From Antechinus flavipes (Eukaryota), in the NCBI RefSeq assembly GCF_016432865.1, contig NC_067400.1, forward strand, positions 615,970,001 to 616,034,000: a stretch of DNA of 64,000 nt. The letters run 5' to 3'. Below the pieces are notes generated by a model that did not search any database, had not been told where the DNA came from, and worked only from the letters and a program-made list of their open reading frames with translations. A program made the translations under genes and the position numbers. The first letter of the stretch is position 1. Each line of letters opens with the position of its first letter. This document shows, piece after piece, positions 35,566-48,870 of this stretch.

Positions 35566-36988
35566 TTTTTTTAAAAAATTTTATAATAACTTTTTATTGA
35601 CAGAACTCATGCCAGGGTAATTTTTTACAACATTATCCCTTGCACTCACTTCTGTTCTGACTTTTCCCCTCCCTCCCTCCACCCCCTCCCCCAGATGGCA
35701 AGCAGTCCTATACATGTTAAATAGGTTGCAGTATATCCTAGATAGAATATATGTTTGCAGAACCGAACAGTTCTCTTGTTGCACAGGGAGAATTGGATTC
35801 AGAAGGTAAAAATAACCCAGGAAGAAAAACAAAAATGCAAGCAGTTTATATTCATTTCCCAGTGTTCTTTCTTTGGGTGTAGCTGCTTCTGTCCATCTTT
35901 GATCAATTAAGGCTCTCTTTATCGAAGAGGTCCACTTCCATCAGAATACATCCTCATACAGTATCATTGTTGAAGTATATAACGATCTCCTGGTTCTGCT
36001 CATTTCACTCAGCATCAGTTCATGTAAGTCTGTCCAAGCCTCTTTGTATTCATCCTGCTGGTCATTTCTTACAGAACAATTATATTCCATAACATTCATA
36101 TACCACAATTTACCCAGCCATTCTCCAATTGATGGGCATCCATTCATTTTCCAGTTTCTAGCCACGACAAACAGGGCTGCCACAAACATTTTGGCACATA
36201 CAGGTCCCTTTCCTTTCTTTAGTATTTCTTTGGGATATAAGCCCATGCTGGATCAAAGGGTATGCACTGTTTGATAATTTTTGGGCATAATTCCAGATTG
36301 CTCTCCAGAATGGTTGGATTCGTTCACAACTCCACCAACAATGCATCAGTGTCCCAGTTTTCCCGCCTCCCCTCCAACATTCATCATTATTTTTTCCTGT
36401 CATCTTAGCCGATCTGACAGGTGTGTAGTGGTATCTCAGAATTGTCTTAATTTGCATTTCTCTGATCAATAATGATTTGGAACACTCTTTCATATGAGTG
36501 GTAATAGTTTCAATTTCATCATCTGAAAATTGTCTATTCATATCCTTTGACCATTGATCAATTGGAGAATGGTTTGATTTCTTATAAATTAGAATCAATT
36601 CTCTATATATTTTGGAAATGAGGCTTTATCAGAACCTTTAACTGTGAAGATGTTTTCCCAGTTTGTTGCTTCCCTTCTAATCTTGTTTGCATTAGTTTTG
36701 TTTGTACAAAGGCTTTTTAATTTGATATAATCAAAATTTCCTATTTTGTGATCAGTAATGGTCTCTAGTTCATCTTTGGTCACAAATTTCTTTCTCCTCC
36801 ACAAGTCTGAGAGATAAACTATCCTCTGTTCCTCTAATTTATTTATAATACTGTTCTTTATGCCTAAATCATGGACCCATTTTGATCTTATCTTGGTATA
36901 TGGTGTTAAGTGTGGGTCCATGTCTAATTTCTGCCATACTAATTTCCAGTTATCCCAGCAGTTTTTATCAAATAATGAATTCTTAGCC
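35566..36988 (-). mobile_element. 5'-truncated young L1 (frameshifted ORF2 end + 3'UTR)
   Basis: ORF2 pieces 35941-36921; perfect 16-bp TSD TATGCAAAACATTTCT at 35550-35565 and 36989-37004. Confidence 0.95.
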
Positions 36989-38275
36989 TATGCAAAACAT
37001 TTCTATAAAAGTCAAGTTGTGAAAGAAAACATAGATCTTCCACCCCAATGAAAATAAAAACAATCAAGAAAAATTAAGTTAAAAATAGATATAGACAGAA
37101 TAATAGAGGATGCTTCAATCTATATTCAGACTCAGTCAGTTCTTCTCTGCGTATGGATAGGATTTTTCATCATAAATCCCTCAATTAAGTGTGGATGATT
37201 GTACTACTGAGAATAAGAAAGTCATTTACAGCTCATCATCCCAGAACATTGCTGTTACTTTGTGCACAATATATTTCACTTTGTTCATGAAGGACTTTCA
37301 GGTTTGTCTTTTTCTTTCCAAGAGCATTCTATTCTCTATTCATTTCCCATAGAACAATAATATTCCATCAGAGAAACTTCAGGCAGTCTCTCAAATACCA
37401 AAACAAGATCTTGGTTTCCCAGCCAGGTTAATTTCAATCAATTAATAAGCATTTATTAACTACCCAGGAAGTGCTGGGGATACAAAAAGAGGCAAAGGAC
37501 CCTGTTCTCAAGGAGATTACAAGCTAATGGAAGAAAGCCTCAATCAAACATCCTTGGGTTTACCTTCTTTCTACCACACTTTCTATAGTAAGATACGAAA
37601 CTCTAGATGCTCCTAAAATGATTTTATCTGTGTTAAGCCATTGTTAGACAATGCAAACAGAAGACAAAAGATGAAAGCATCTTTAGTGATTAATCTTGTC
37701 ACTTATTTAAGGCAGCAACAGAGAGGGAGTGGATTCACCAAAGTTCCAACAGAAATTTAATCTATCTCTGTGTCTCTTAAATTGGGCTACAAGCCTAGAC
37801 AAGGCCTGGTTCAAATAAACTGTTAAGAGATTTCCAAGTCTCCTGGAAAGAATGCTATGGTTACATTCTCTCCTCCATTCTTCCTTTTCAGATCTTTTAA
37901 AAAAAAGTTGGTGCAGGAGAACAGCCTTCAAGTCCTGAGCCAAGAGTTCCCTCTGCTTGGCTTGGAAATACAGCTCCTCCTGTCCTCCATGACTTAAGCC
38001 TCCTAGGAGGTGGTACTTTCTGCAGATATATTTGAAAAAATGAGAAGATAGTATAAATACATCCATACATATATACACACTATGCATGTAAATGCACACA
38101 TTCTGTTTTAGCAAATCAACAGTTATGTTTCTGTCCCCATATGTGCAAGTTGTTTTTTAAAAAAATAGGTCCCCTACTATTACCACCACTACTGCCACCT
38201 ACACACACATGACTATAGAACTTTCTTGGGGAACCCCTTTATTTTAGGTAGTCCTTTCATAAATATAAGAATCTT

Positions 38276-38508
38276 CTAACTTGCTTATAGTATTACCCTT
38301 TATACCTAAGTCATGCACTCATTTGATGTTGGTCTACAACTAGTATATTTTTTTCTCCTCTCAACACCTCTCCTAATTGTTATTCTGCTTTTTGTGGGGG
38401 GATGGGGGTTTTCCTTTTAAACATTTAAATAAACTTTGTGTTTTCCAGACTAGCCTTAATCAGATTTCAAATGGCCTTACAGGAGAGCTATCTCCTGTAA
38501 GGGTGAGA

Positions 38509-38540
<32 letters not shown>

Positions 38541-39323
38541 TGTTAACTAGTCTTATTGTTAGAATGCCAGGGTGTGTGTCATGGGATCATCTTTGAAAAA
38601 ATCCAGGCTCACACCATTTCCAAATAAAGCAAAGGAATTGATTTTGGAATGATGCACCCCATAAGTTGTTCTCAAAGGGAAGAGCCCCAAGCTGGAGCAA
38701 AAGTGATTCCTTTAAAGGGCAAGTGTCTAGGATTGGCTAGAGAAAAGGTGCCCCAAAAAGTGTCAAACCATGACCATGTAGAGGCAGGTGGGATCTAGCA
38801 TGCATGTGATTCTCCAGGAGACAAAGTCTTTTCTGTAGTTTTATGACCAACATCTTGTTTGAGATGAATACCATTGTTCATATGTGGCTCATGAGAGAGA
38901 GTAAGTGTCAACATATTGGGGCTGGAGCAGCAGCTAAGAGTCCATCATCTCCCCTTAAAGAATTGGGATGCAAATTCACTTGGAGCTAGGTATGAAGAGC
39001 TCATCTTCCATAACTGCTTCAGGCTGATAAAGGGCATAGGAATGGGTCAGTCAAAAGAGGGTGCCCAGGGAGTGAGATTTCCCTTCCAGAGATTAAAGTG
39101 TGAATTGATAGCTCTCCTGTAAGGCCATCTGAAATCTGATTAAGGCTAGTCTGGAAGACACAAAGTTTATTTAAATGTTTAAAAGGAAAACCCCCATCCC
39201 CCCACAAAAAGCAGAATAACAATTAGGAGAGGTGTTGAGAGGAGAAAAAAATATACTAGTTGTAGACCAACATCAAATGAGTGCATGACTTAGGTATAAA
39301 GGGTAATACTATAAGCAAGTTAG
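38276..39323. repeat. Inverted duplication, 217-bp arms (38276-38492 / 39107-39323), ~99% identical
   Basis: Arms are reverse complements with 2 mismatches seen; spacer ~614 bp. Confidence 0.92.
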
Positions 39324-40520
39324 GAGAGCAAGGCATAGTTTACCTGTCAGATCTTTGGAGAAGGGAGAAATGTATGATCAAACAAGAAATAGAGAACATT
39401 ATCAAATGCCAAATGGATAATTTTGATTACATTGAATTAAAAAGCTTTTGCACAAACAAAACCAATGCAACCAAGAAGGGAAGCAGAAAACTGGGGAAAA
39501 AATTTCTAACTAGTGTTTCTGATAAAGGCCTCATTTCTAAAATATATAGAGAACTTTCTCAAATTTATAAGAATGCAAGTCATTCCCCAACTGATAAACA
39601 GTTAAAGGACATGAACAGACAATTTTCAAATAAAGAAATTGAAGCTTTCTCTAGTCATGTGAAAAAATACTCTATCAGTCTGATTCTTTTTGTACGGCAA
39701 AATAACGGTTTGGTCATGTATACTTATTGTGTATCTAATTTATACTTTAATATATTTAACATCTACTGGTCATCCTGCCATCTAGGGGAGGGGGTGGGGG
39801 GAAGGAGGGGAAAAATTGGAACAAAAGGTTTGGCAATTGTCAATGCTGTAAAATTACCCATGCATATAACTTGTAAATAAAAAGCTATTAAAAATATATA
39901 TTAAAAAAATACTCTGTCACTATTGATTAGAGAAATGCAAATTAAAACCATTCCAAGATATCACTTCATAACTATTCAGATTGCATGAGATGACAGGAAA
40001 AGATAATGATGAATGTTGGAGATGATATGGAAAAACTGGAACACTAATGTATTGGTGGAATTATGAACTTCTAGAGAGCAATTTGGAACTCTGTCCGAAG
40101 GGCTTATAAAATTGTGCATATCCATTGATCCAGCAGTGCCCTCACTGGGCCTGTATATTAAAGAAATCATAAAAGAGGAAAAAGGTTCCACATGTGCAAA
40201 AAAAGCAGCTCTTTTTATGGGGGTAAGGACCTGGAAAATCAGTGGATGCCCATCCACTTAGTTAGGGAATGGCTGAATAAGTTATGGTATGTAAAAGTAA
40301 TGGAATATCATTGTCCTAAAATAAATAATGAGTGGGATAATTTTAGAAAAGCCTGGAAAGGTTTACATTAATTGATAGTGAAGTAAGCAGAACCAAGAAA
40401 TATTGTACATAGCAATAGCAAGATTGTGTGATGATTAATTATGGTAGACCTGGGTCTTCTCAGCAATTCAGTGATCCAAGGCAATTCCAATAAACTTTGG
40501 ATAGAAATCCAAAGACATCC
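39270..40520 (+). mobile_element. Older L1 ORF2 3' fragment with a nested young L1 3' end (39678-39903)
   Basis: ORF 39281-39880 starts as ORF2 (YIELKSFCT). The nested piece is bounded by AAAAAATACTCT(A/G)TCA at 39662-39677 and 39904-39919. Confidence 0.85.
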
Positions 40521-41454
40521 AGAGAGAAAATTATGAAGCCTGAATATGGATCACCTTTTCACCTTTTTTTTTCTTGCAGCTTTCCCCTTTTATTCAAAAT
40601 TTTCTCTCCCAACATGACTCATGTGGAAATATGTAAAAAAAAGAATGTACATGTATAATCTGAAAAAACAAACAAACCAGGATCCCAGAAATTTGTCCCT
40701 GAAACCTTTCAAATCTGAATCTTGAGTCTCCAGTGATAAGGTAGTCACAAAGAGACCAGAGTGAGTAGCCACAATGAAGAGATTATGAAGAAAATGTTGG
40801 ATAGGGTAGATTGCGCAAGGGTTGGTGGGTGGGCATTAAAAAAGTACTATTGAGATCAGTACAAGAAATACATCTAGCATGGGTGAAATTTAAAAGGGAG
40901 ATGCTGGAATAATGGTAATATTACGTTCAGTGGTAAAATTGTTCCATTTATAATAAGAATAACATCAAAATTGTTGCCAGTAGTGAGGAAAGAGATATTG
41001 TTGATGAAGAGGCTGCTAGTCTCTGGAGTATGAGCAGTCACTTCTGGGAAATATCCTCTAAGAAAAAGGATTGCACTAAAATTCTCTTCTCCAAATCACA
41101 CTGAAGACCTTTCTGATTTGGTATCAATAATCAAGAGAATATCAGCTAGGTCCCACAAACAGTTGTATCAATATTCAATAATTCTTATGTCACTTCGAAA
41201 TATTTATAGACCTTAATTCACATATATGCAATACATATTCTTATATACACATATATATTTGTGTATATATATCTATATATAGCAGATGACTAAGTCAAAT
41301 ACTCATTTATGGGTTGTTTAGAATATGACTGAATATTTTCAGTCTTGCTGGAAACAGCAAGATCTTATTTGCAATTTTGCTTGTTTCTTCCACTGATTAT
41401 AGAAATTTGCTATAAGAGAAAAAAATCAGGGATATGATTATAATGGTCTTAAGT

Positions 41455-42717
41455 ACAGTTTTTTGTTTCCATTTTCAATACCATGTGGGGTCAAGCATTC
41501 AGAATCCAAACTTGAATTTAATTTTCCAACTAGAATTCAAGGCTCCGACATATGGGACNNNNNNNNNNNNNNNNNNNNNNNNNNNNNNNNNNNNNNNNNN
41601 NNNNNNNNNNNNNNNNNNNNNNNNNNNNNNNNNNNNNNNNNNNNNNNNNNNNNNNNNNNNNNNNNNNNNNNNNNNNNNNNNNNNNNNNNNNNNNNNNNNN
41701 NNNNNNNNNNNNNNNNNNNNNNNNNNNGCTCCGTTTGACTTTAGATAAAACTCATAGTTGACAAGCAATGTAATAATAATTCTACCTTATAGTATGACTC
41801 AGGTATAATCAGGCAGGAAAACTTTCTGATCAAAAGCATTGGAAAACTGAGCCAGAAATTGCCCAACGTAAGCTTAAACCGAAAGTTGTTCTACAGGTTT
41901 CAGCCCAGACACAAGAACTCTGCTTGAAACAGTTCAGGATCCCATTCCTCTGAGTCGCTTGTGGCATTTCTCTTCAGTGGTGGCTTACTGGTTTAATGAG
42001 TCATCGTTGTCAAATGAGAGTGAATTATATCTGCTGTTTCTTCTTTCTTAAAGACATATTTTGCTAATAGTGACTAACAATTAGTAAAGAGATTTCTTGT
42101 TAAGTATTGAACTCATGAACTCTTGGAGGTTATACTCCCTGTAGGTCTGGATGCTTTTTAATCTCTATAATTTGAGTTAGAAACTATTTGTATTAAGATA
42201 AGGAAAAGTAGGATGGAGGACTGGAGAGAGAGTTGGCCAAAAAAAAAAAAATAAATAAATAAATAAATAAAAATTAAAAAAAAAAAAAAAAAGAAAGAGT
42301 TTCTGCCTTTCTAATGGAAGAAGACATATAAAAGGAGGCTGAATGAATATGTTTGACCTAGACATTCTCCTTAAAACTGTATTTCTGGGAGGAAGTAGAT
42401 AATCAGAGGCAGACTTTTTCCAAGTTACGACCCCAAAGATATACTGGCCCTTCTGAAAATCTTCCCTGCCGTCTTGGACTAGTAGGTATGTAAGAATATA
42501 TTCTCAAAGACCTGGGGACGATTTCTATAAAAATAATTAGCAAATATAATCCGAGTTCCTCATTCTACCTCTCACACAAGTGTGGAGCATTGCTCTCCAT
42601 CAGGAAAGAGAAAGTCCCATATGTCGGAGCCTTGAATTCTAGTTAGAAAAATAAATTCAAGTTTGGATTCTGAACACTTGACCCCACATGGTATTGAAAA
42701 TGGAAACAAAAAACTGT
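41455..42717. repeat. Inverted duplication, 104-bp visible arms (41455-41558 / 42614-42717), ~96% identical
   Basis: Reverse-complement match with 4 differences; the left arm runs into the N-gap at 41559. Confidence 0.88.
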
Positions 42718-43291
42718 TAAGTAAAACAGAGTCCTTATGAAGAAGCAAGTCCTTATGAAGAAGCATCTGTATAAAGATGGGCCAGAAGCCTCTAACCTCA
42801 GGCTGCCTCTTTCCTCCTTTCACTAGTGTTTACTCTAATTTACTCTAGTTATGCTAGTTTATTACCAGTAGACTTGGAACCAGAAATGACAGATGTGAAA
42901 GAGTGTAATTACTCATACTCCCTGCAGCTGTTTCTGCCTCTTTGCCCCCACTATTTTAAGAGTCATTGAAAACTAATATGCATAGTTTTGGGGAGAGGCT
43001 GTCATTTCTTGCTATAGTTGCTGGTTTACAATATCGTATAATAAAATTTTATTACTCATCTACCGTGTGGCAGATGCTCCGATAAATGATGAGGATATAA
43101 ATAAGAAAATGAAAGACTTCTAGTTTCAAAGAAGTTATAGTCTAATGGGAGAAGACAACATGAAAAAAGAAGGTGGAAAGGAGTAAATGGACACAGGGAA
43201 GAGCATGTTCTGTGGGGCTGGTTAAAATGTTAAGTCCAAATCCTGCCCTCCATAACAGAAGGCAATTGGGGGATTTTGCACTCTACCCTCC

Positions 43292-43482
43292 CAGGGGTCC
43301 TCAAACTTTTTAAACAGGGGGCCAGTTCACTGTCCCTCAGACTGTTGGAGGGCTAGACTCTAGTAAAAACAAAAACTTTGTTTTGTGGGCCTTTAAATAA
43401 AGAAACTTCATAGCCCTAGGTGAGGGGGATAAACGTCCTCAGCTGCTGCATCTGGCCTGCGGCCGTAGTTTGAGGACCCCTG
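43292..43482. mobile_element. Non-autonomous hAT-Charlie MITE (OposCharlie1/OC1-like), 191 bp
   Basis: Perfect 16-bp terminal inverted repeats CAGGGGTCCTCAAACT / AGTTTGAGGACCCCTG; no 8-bp TSD discernible. Confidence 0.85.
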
Positions 43483-45053
43483 CAATCAGACAGAAGACCG
43501 GGCTGAGGAAGATAGAAAAATGCTGAGTATCAAAAGCCAATTTATTAACTTGATGAGATCTACTCCAAAAGCAGTCATTTAGAAAGCATCTAGGATTTGA
43601 TTACTTGTCTTATCTCCAATAAGCTCCCCAGGTTTCCCCCAAGTAGTGGCTCTTTTGAGAAATGTGAAACTTACTGGAAAAAGAAGAAAAATTGTACTGA
43701 TTATTTATGGGCTATTGTTTTCCTTTATGTTATTTCAGCATCTTGGGGGAGGGCAATAAAAGCATCCTATACCTAATATACGTTTTTACCTTGAGAGGTT
43801 TTTTTACGGACGTTTTACCCATACCTATTGAGACCTAGATATGAGGTATATTTGAGTTACATTCTGAGATTTCCTAGGGGCAATTCTAAGTGGGCATAAA
43901 AAGGAACTAAAAGAATAATGATTTTTGGAGCAACTCCTCCGAGACTGAATCGGATCCAGGTAATTTAATGATCTAGAGAATCCTCTATGAATCTATGAGT
44001 TATATTAATATTAATATTTGTAATTTTCAGATGAGTTTGAATTGGTATAATAATTTCTGATAATTTTCTTTTTTTCACCTAAGAGTATTTTATTTTTTTC
44101 CAATTACATGTAAAGATAGTTTTCAACATTAATCTTTGTATGATTTTGAATTCCAAAGTTTCTTTCTACCTCCTTTCCATTCCCCTCCTCAAGAGGGGGA
44201 ATGTATACATTGTACACATACAATCATGTTAAACATATTTCCATATCAGTCATTTTGTGAAAGAAAAATCAGAAGAAAAGGAAAAAACCGCTAGAAAGAA
44301 GAAAGGTGAAAATAGCGTACTTCAATCTTCATTCAATCTCCATAGTTCTTTCTCTGGATGTGGATGACATTTTCTATGTCAAGTCTATTGGACTTGTTTT
44401 GTTTCACTGTATTTCTGAGAAGAGCCAAGTCTATAACAGTTGATCATCATACAACATTGCTATTACTGTGTAAAATGTTTTCCTGGTTCTGCTCCCTTCA
44501 CTCAGCATCAGTTCATGTTAGTCTTTCCAGGCTTTTCTGAAATCTACCCACTCATCATTTCTGATCATTTGTTTTAAAATTATGAACTTGACAAATATGA
44601 CTTTTTCCATATACAAAGAATAACAGAAAAAAAATTGTTTATAAAAATGTGAAACTATTATAGATAATACATTTTAAACAAGTTTTTACTCTAATGATTT
44701 ATCAGCTTATTCTCAAGGTTTGAGTTTTCTTTCTAAAATCTTTAGTAATTTCAGTCTGTTTTGCCTTTATTTTCTGCTATAACTCACTTCCTGGCTCCTT
44801 TTCCTCTGAATGTGGTTTCCTTAAAGAATGGATCTCAAAGCATCTCAGTTTCCTCCCATGATGTTCAATTCATGTTTCACCAGCCTAGACCTCTGCCCCA
44901 GTTGAATTCTGGGTTAGAATTGACTTCAGTTGAATATTGTGCTCTTTCCTTCAGAGTTAATGGAATGCTGTACAGACCCCGTTTTTCCATATATCACCCC
45001 CAAAACACAGTGTCCTATCCTGTTCCCTCAGTTCCTTAATTCTTTGGTAATCA

Positions 45054-47526
45054 CTAGCATTTCAGAGCTTTGTAACACTGGTGCCACAGAGTTGTGACCC
45101 CAACAGGGTTTTGCTCCTGAGGGGCTCTGGCTATTTGCCTCCACCATGGCAAATTTCCAAAGTCTAGATTCAGGCCCTCCATACAACTGGAAAGACGGAA
45201 GGTGGACCACAGTATAAGGGTGGGTTTTGTTGTAAGTCTGTAACTTGTCCTTGTGTGAGAGGTGGAAGAAGGATGCTGAGTCAGCAAGGGTTAGTATCAG
45301 TTCATAAACTTTTGGATTTTGTTTTTACCTTCTTTTAGATTCCAACTAAGGCTGCTTTACCTTTGGTACTTAATTTCTGTTTTGGAGAAGTTTGAGAAGT
45401 TGCGAGGATCAGAGAAAAAGTCGAGTCCTCCATCTTATTGATGTGATCCAGCAGAAATACATTTTTAAAAAAATATATTTTTAATATATCACCATAGTTT
45501 TTCCCCATATTCTTCCCTTCCCCCTCCCAGAGAACTGTCCAACATAACAAATAGCATCTTTAATATAATAAGTAATATTTTAATATAACAAATAGTAGTT
45601 TCAATTTAATAGCATTTTAATGATATCTTATTTTCTCCAACTACACATAAAAATACTTTTAATATTTGTTTTTATTTTGAATTCCTAATTCTCTCTTTCC
45701 CTCTTCTCCTCCTCTCCAAGGCAGTAAGTGATCTGATATAGGTTAAATATATACAGCCATGTAAAACACATTTCTGTAATAGTCATTTTGTGAAAAAAGA
45801 AAGAGTGAAAAATAGTATACTTCAGGATGCATTCAGACTCCATTGGTTCTTTCTCTTGAGGAGGATACCATTTTTCATCATAAGGTCTTTGGCATTGTTT
45901 TGAATGCTTGTATTGCTGGGAATAGCTAAGTCATTCACAGTTGATCATTGTATAGTATTTACTGTTATGTACAATGTTCTTCTGGTTCTGCCCTAATATA
46001 GTGCTAATTATATTACTTCATGTAATGCTAATACAAAATAGTATTTTTAATACTATTAATAAAAATATTATTAATACAAACACGTATTTTTGATATAAAA
46101 AAAGAAAAGGAAAAATCTGCACTAGCAATCATCACATTGGAAAAGTTCAAAACCTCCATGAAAGGATGTTAGGAGATTCCTCTAATATCTCTTCTTTCTA
46201 ATCATACTTAATCTATACTTTTATAGCATTCACTTTTGANNNNNNNNNNNNNNNNNNNNNNNNNNNNNNNNNNNNNNNNNNNNNNNNNNNNNNNNNNNNN
46301 NNNNNNNNNNNNNNNNNNNNNNNNNNNNNNNNNNNNNNNNNNNNNNNNNNNNNNNNNNNNNNNNNNNNNNNNNNNNNNNNNNNNNNNNNNNNNNNNNNNN
46401 NNNNNNNNNNNNNNNNNNNNNNNNNNNNNNNNNNNNNNNNNNNNNNNNNNNNNNNNNNNNNNNNNNNNNNNNNNNNNNNNNNNNNNNNNNNNNNNNNNNN
46501 NNNNNNNTCTCCTCTTTCTCCTTCTCTTCTTCCTTCTCCTCCTTTTCCTCTCCTCCTTCTTCTTCTTTTCTTCTTCTTCCTCCTCCTCTTCTCCTCTTCT
46601 TGGCATTACTATCACTCTCTCCCATAAGTCTTCTCCTTCCACCAATAAAAACACTATTTCATCACAAATAAGTTTAGTCAAATACAATAAATCCATATGT
46701 TGATTTGTCTGAACATGCATGTTTCATTCTTTATCCTTAGTCAAACGCACCAGTCGGCCAAGAGGTTGGAAATATGATTTATCTAATAATCTTCTCATTT
46801 TCTCTCCATTCCATATTCTCATATTTTGTTTTGGCAATTTGGTTTTCCTCTCTCTTTTGTCATTTTTAATTAGTCAACAGTTTCTCTATTTTATTGGTCC
46901 TTTCTTTTCAAAGATTTTATTTATCAAATCAATAAATCTATTTTCAGCTTTGTTTTATTTTTTATTTTCAAAATTTCTATTTTGTGCTTGTTTGAGAATT
47001 ATTAACTGATTTAATTGTATATGGTTTAGTTATTTCATCAATTAACATATTTTTTTCCCTTTTGTTGGGAGATATTTCCCCTAAGCATACTGCTTTAACT
47101 TCATCTTACATCTTTTTGTATACTACTTCATCATTATAATTTTCTTTAATATAGTTATTTGTTGTTTCCATGACATGTTCTTTGAATCATTCATTCTCTT
47201 TTTGAGCTTTTACATAGAAATATTTTTTAAAAGGGACAATTACAAATATGCAAACTTAATCCACTAACATGTGGCAGACATGGTCCTATCTCTCCCCTGC
47301 ACCACTTCAGTCTCTGGGAAATGGAAGGGGATTAAATTCATAGTTTAGCTCCTTTCCCATAGAACACAATTGCAGCTTCAAGTCCAACCCAATGTACCAC
47401 TAATCTGCAATTCTGGCTCCAAGATTGTCATAGAGAGAACTCCTGAGTCCCAAGGGATTACCTCTGGAACCTGAAACTGAGTAGGACAAGCAATCATAAA
47501 ACTAGAACAAACATCTCCAAGCCCAT
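45054..47526 (-). pseudogene. Putative decayed IGFL-like paralog (signal exon 47526-47462; main exon from 45249)
   Basis: MGLEMFVLVL*LLVLLSFRFQ ends at the phase-2 donor GAG|GTAATC. The acceptor ttccacctctcacacaag| then reads in the matching phase into PTLILW-x7-C, and a frameshift leads to TLEICHGG...QLCG. Confidence 0.3.
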
Positions 47527-47902
47527 TTCTCAGAACCAGGGGTAAAACCAGAAGATAAAGGGAAAACCAGAAGGAAAAGGGAACCCTCTTTACTGGTTCA
47601 GTTCGTGGTGTCTTCACTGTAAGTGAATGGGATCATCAGCCTCTGGACAAGTGTAAAAGAATTGCCAAAAAGAGAACAGCAGAAAAAGTGCAATTATTTA
47701 CTTTTTTGGATAATATTATCAATCTATCTTTAAGTATGTGTCTTTTGTTTATATTTCTCTTAGTCAATGAAGAAGGTATGTAGCATTTCTGTTCTTTCTA
47801 CATTTATTTTTTAGTTGTTTATGTCCATCATACAATCAATTTTTGTGAAGATGCTACGCAATACTGGAAAATAGGTATATTCTTTAAGATTTCCATTCAA
47901 AA

Positions 47903-48870
47903 GAAATTGAAACTATTTCTATTCATATGAAAATTCACTATTCAAATCACTATTGCTCAAAGAACTGCCAATTAGACAACTCTAAGATACCACTACACAC
48001 CTCTCAGATTGGCTAGGATGACAGGAAAAAATAATGACGAATGTTGAGGGGGATGTGGGAAGGCTGGGACACTGATATATTGTTGGTGGAACTGTGAACG
48101 GATATGGCCATTTGGGAGAACAGTTTGGAACTGTGCTCAGGGGGTTGTCAAACTGCATACCCTTTAACCCAGCAGTGTTTCTACTGGTCTTATGTCCAAA
48201 GAGATCTTAAAGGAGGGAAAGGGACCTATATGTGCAAAAATGTTTGTGGAAGCCCTTTCGTAGTGGCCAGAAACTGGAAACTAAGTGGGTGCCCATCAGT
48301 TGGAGAATGGCTAAATAAGTTGTTCTGTAAGAAACAACCAACAAGATGATTTCAGAGAGGCCTGGAGAGACTTACATGAAGTGATGCTGAGTGAAATGAG
48401 CAGAACTAGGAGATCATTTTACATGGCAACAAGAACACTATACAATGGTCAATTCTAATGGACGTAGCTCTCTTCCACAATGAGTTGATTCAAACCAGTT
48501 CCAATTATTCAGTCATGAAGAGAGTCATCTACACCCAGAGAGAGGACTGTGGGGACTGAGTGTGGATCACAACATAGCATTTCCACTCTTTCTGTTATTT
48601 TTTGCTTGCATTTTTGTTTTCCTTCTCAGATTTTTTTCTTTCTTTCTAGATCCGATCTTTCTTGTGCAGCAAGATAACTATATAATTATGTATACATATA
48701 ATGGATTTAACACATACTTTAACATATTTAACATGTATTGGACTATCTGCCATCTGGGGGAGGGGGAAGGGGGAAGGAGGGGAAAAGTTGGAATAGAGGT
48801 TTTGCAAGGGCAATGTTGAAAAAATGCATACATTTTGTAAATAAAAATATAATAATAAAAAAATTTAAAA
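47903..48870 (+). mobile_element. 5'-truncated L1 (ORF2 end + 3'UTR + A tail)
   Basis: L1 ORF2 3' sequence; TSD-like AAGA(A)TTTCCATTCAAAA at ~47886-47902 and ~48870-48887. Confidence 0.9.
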
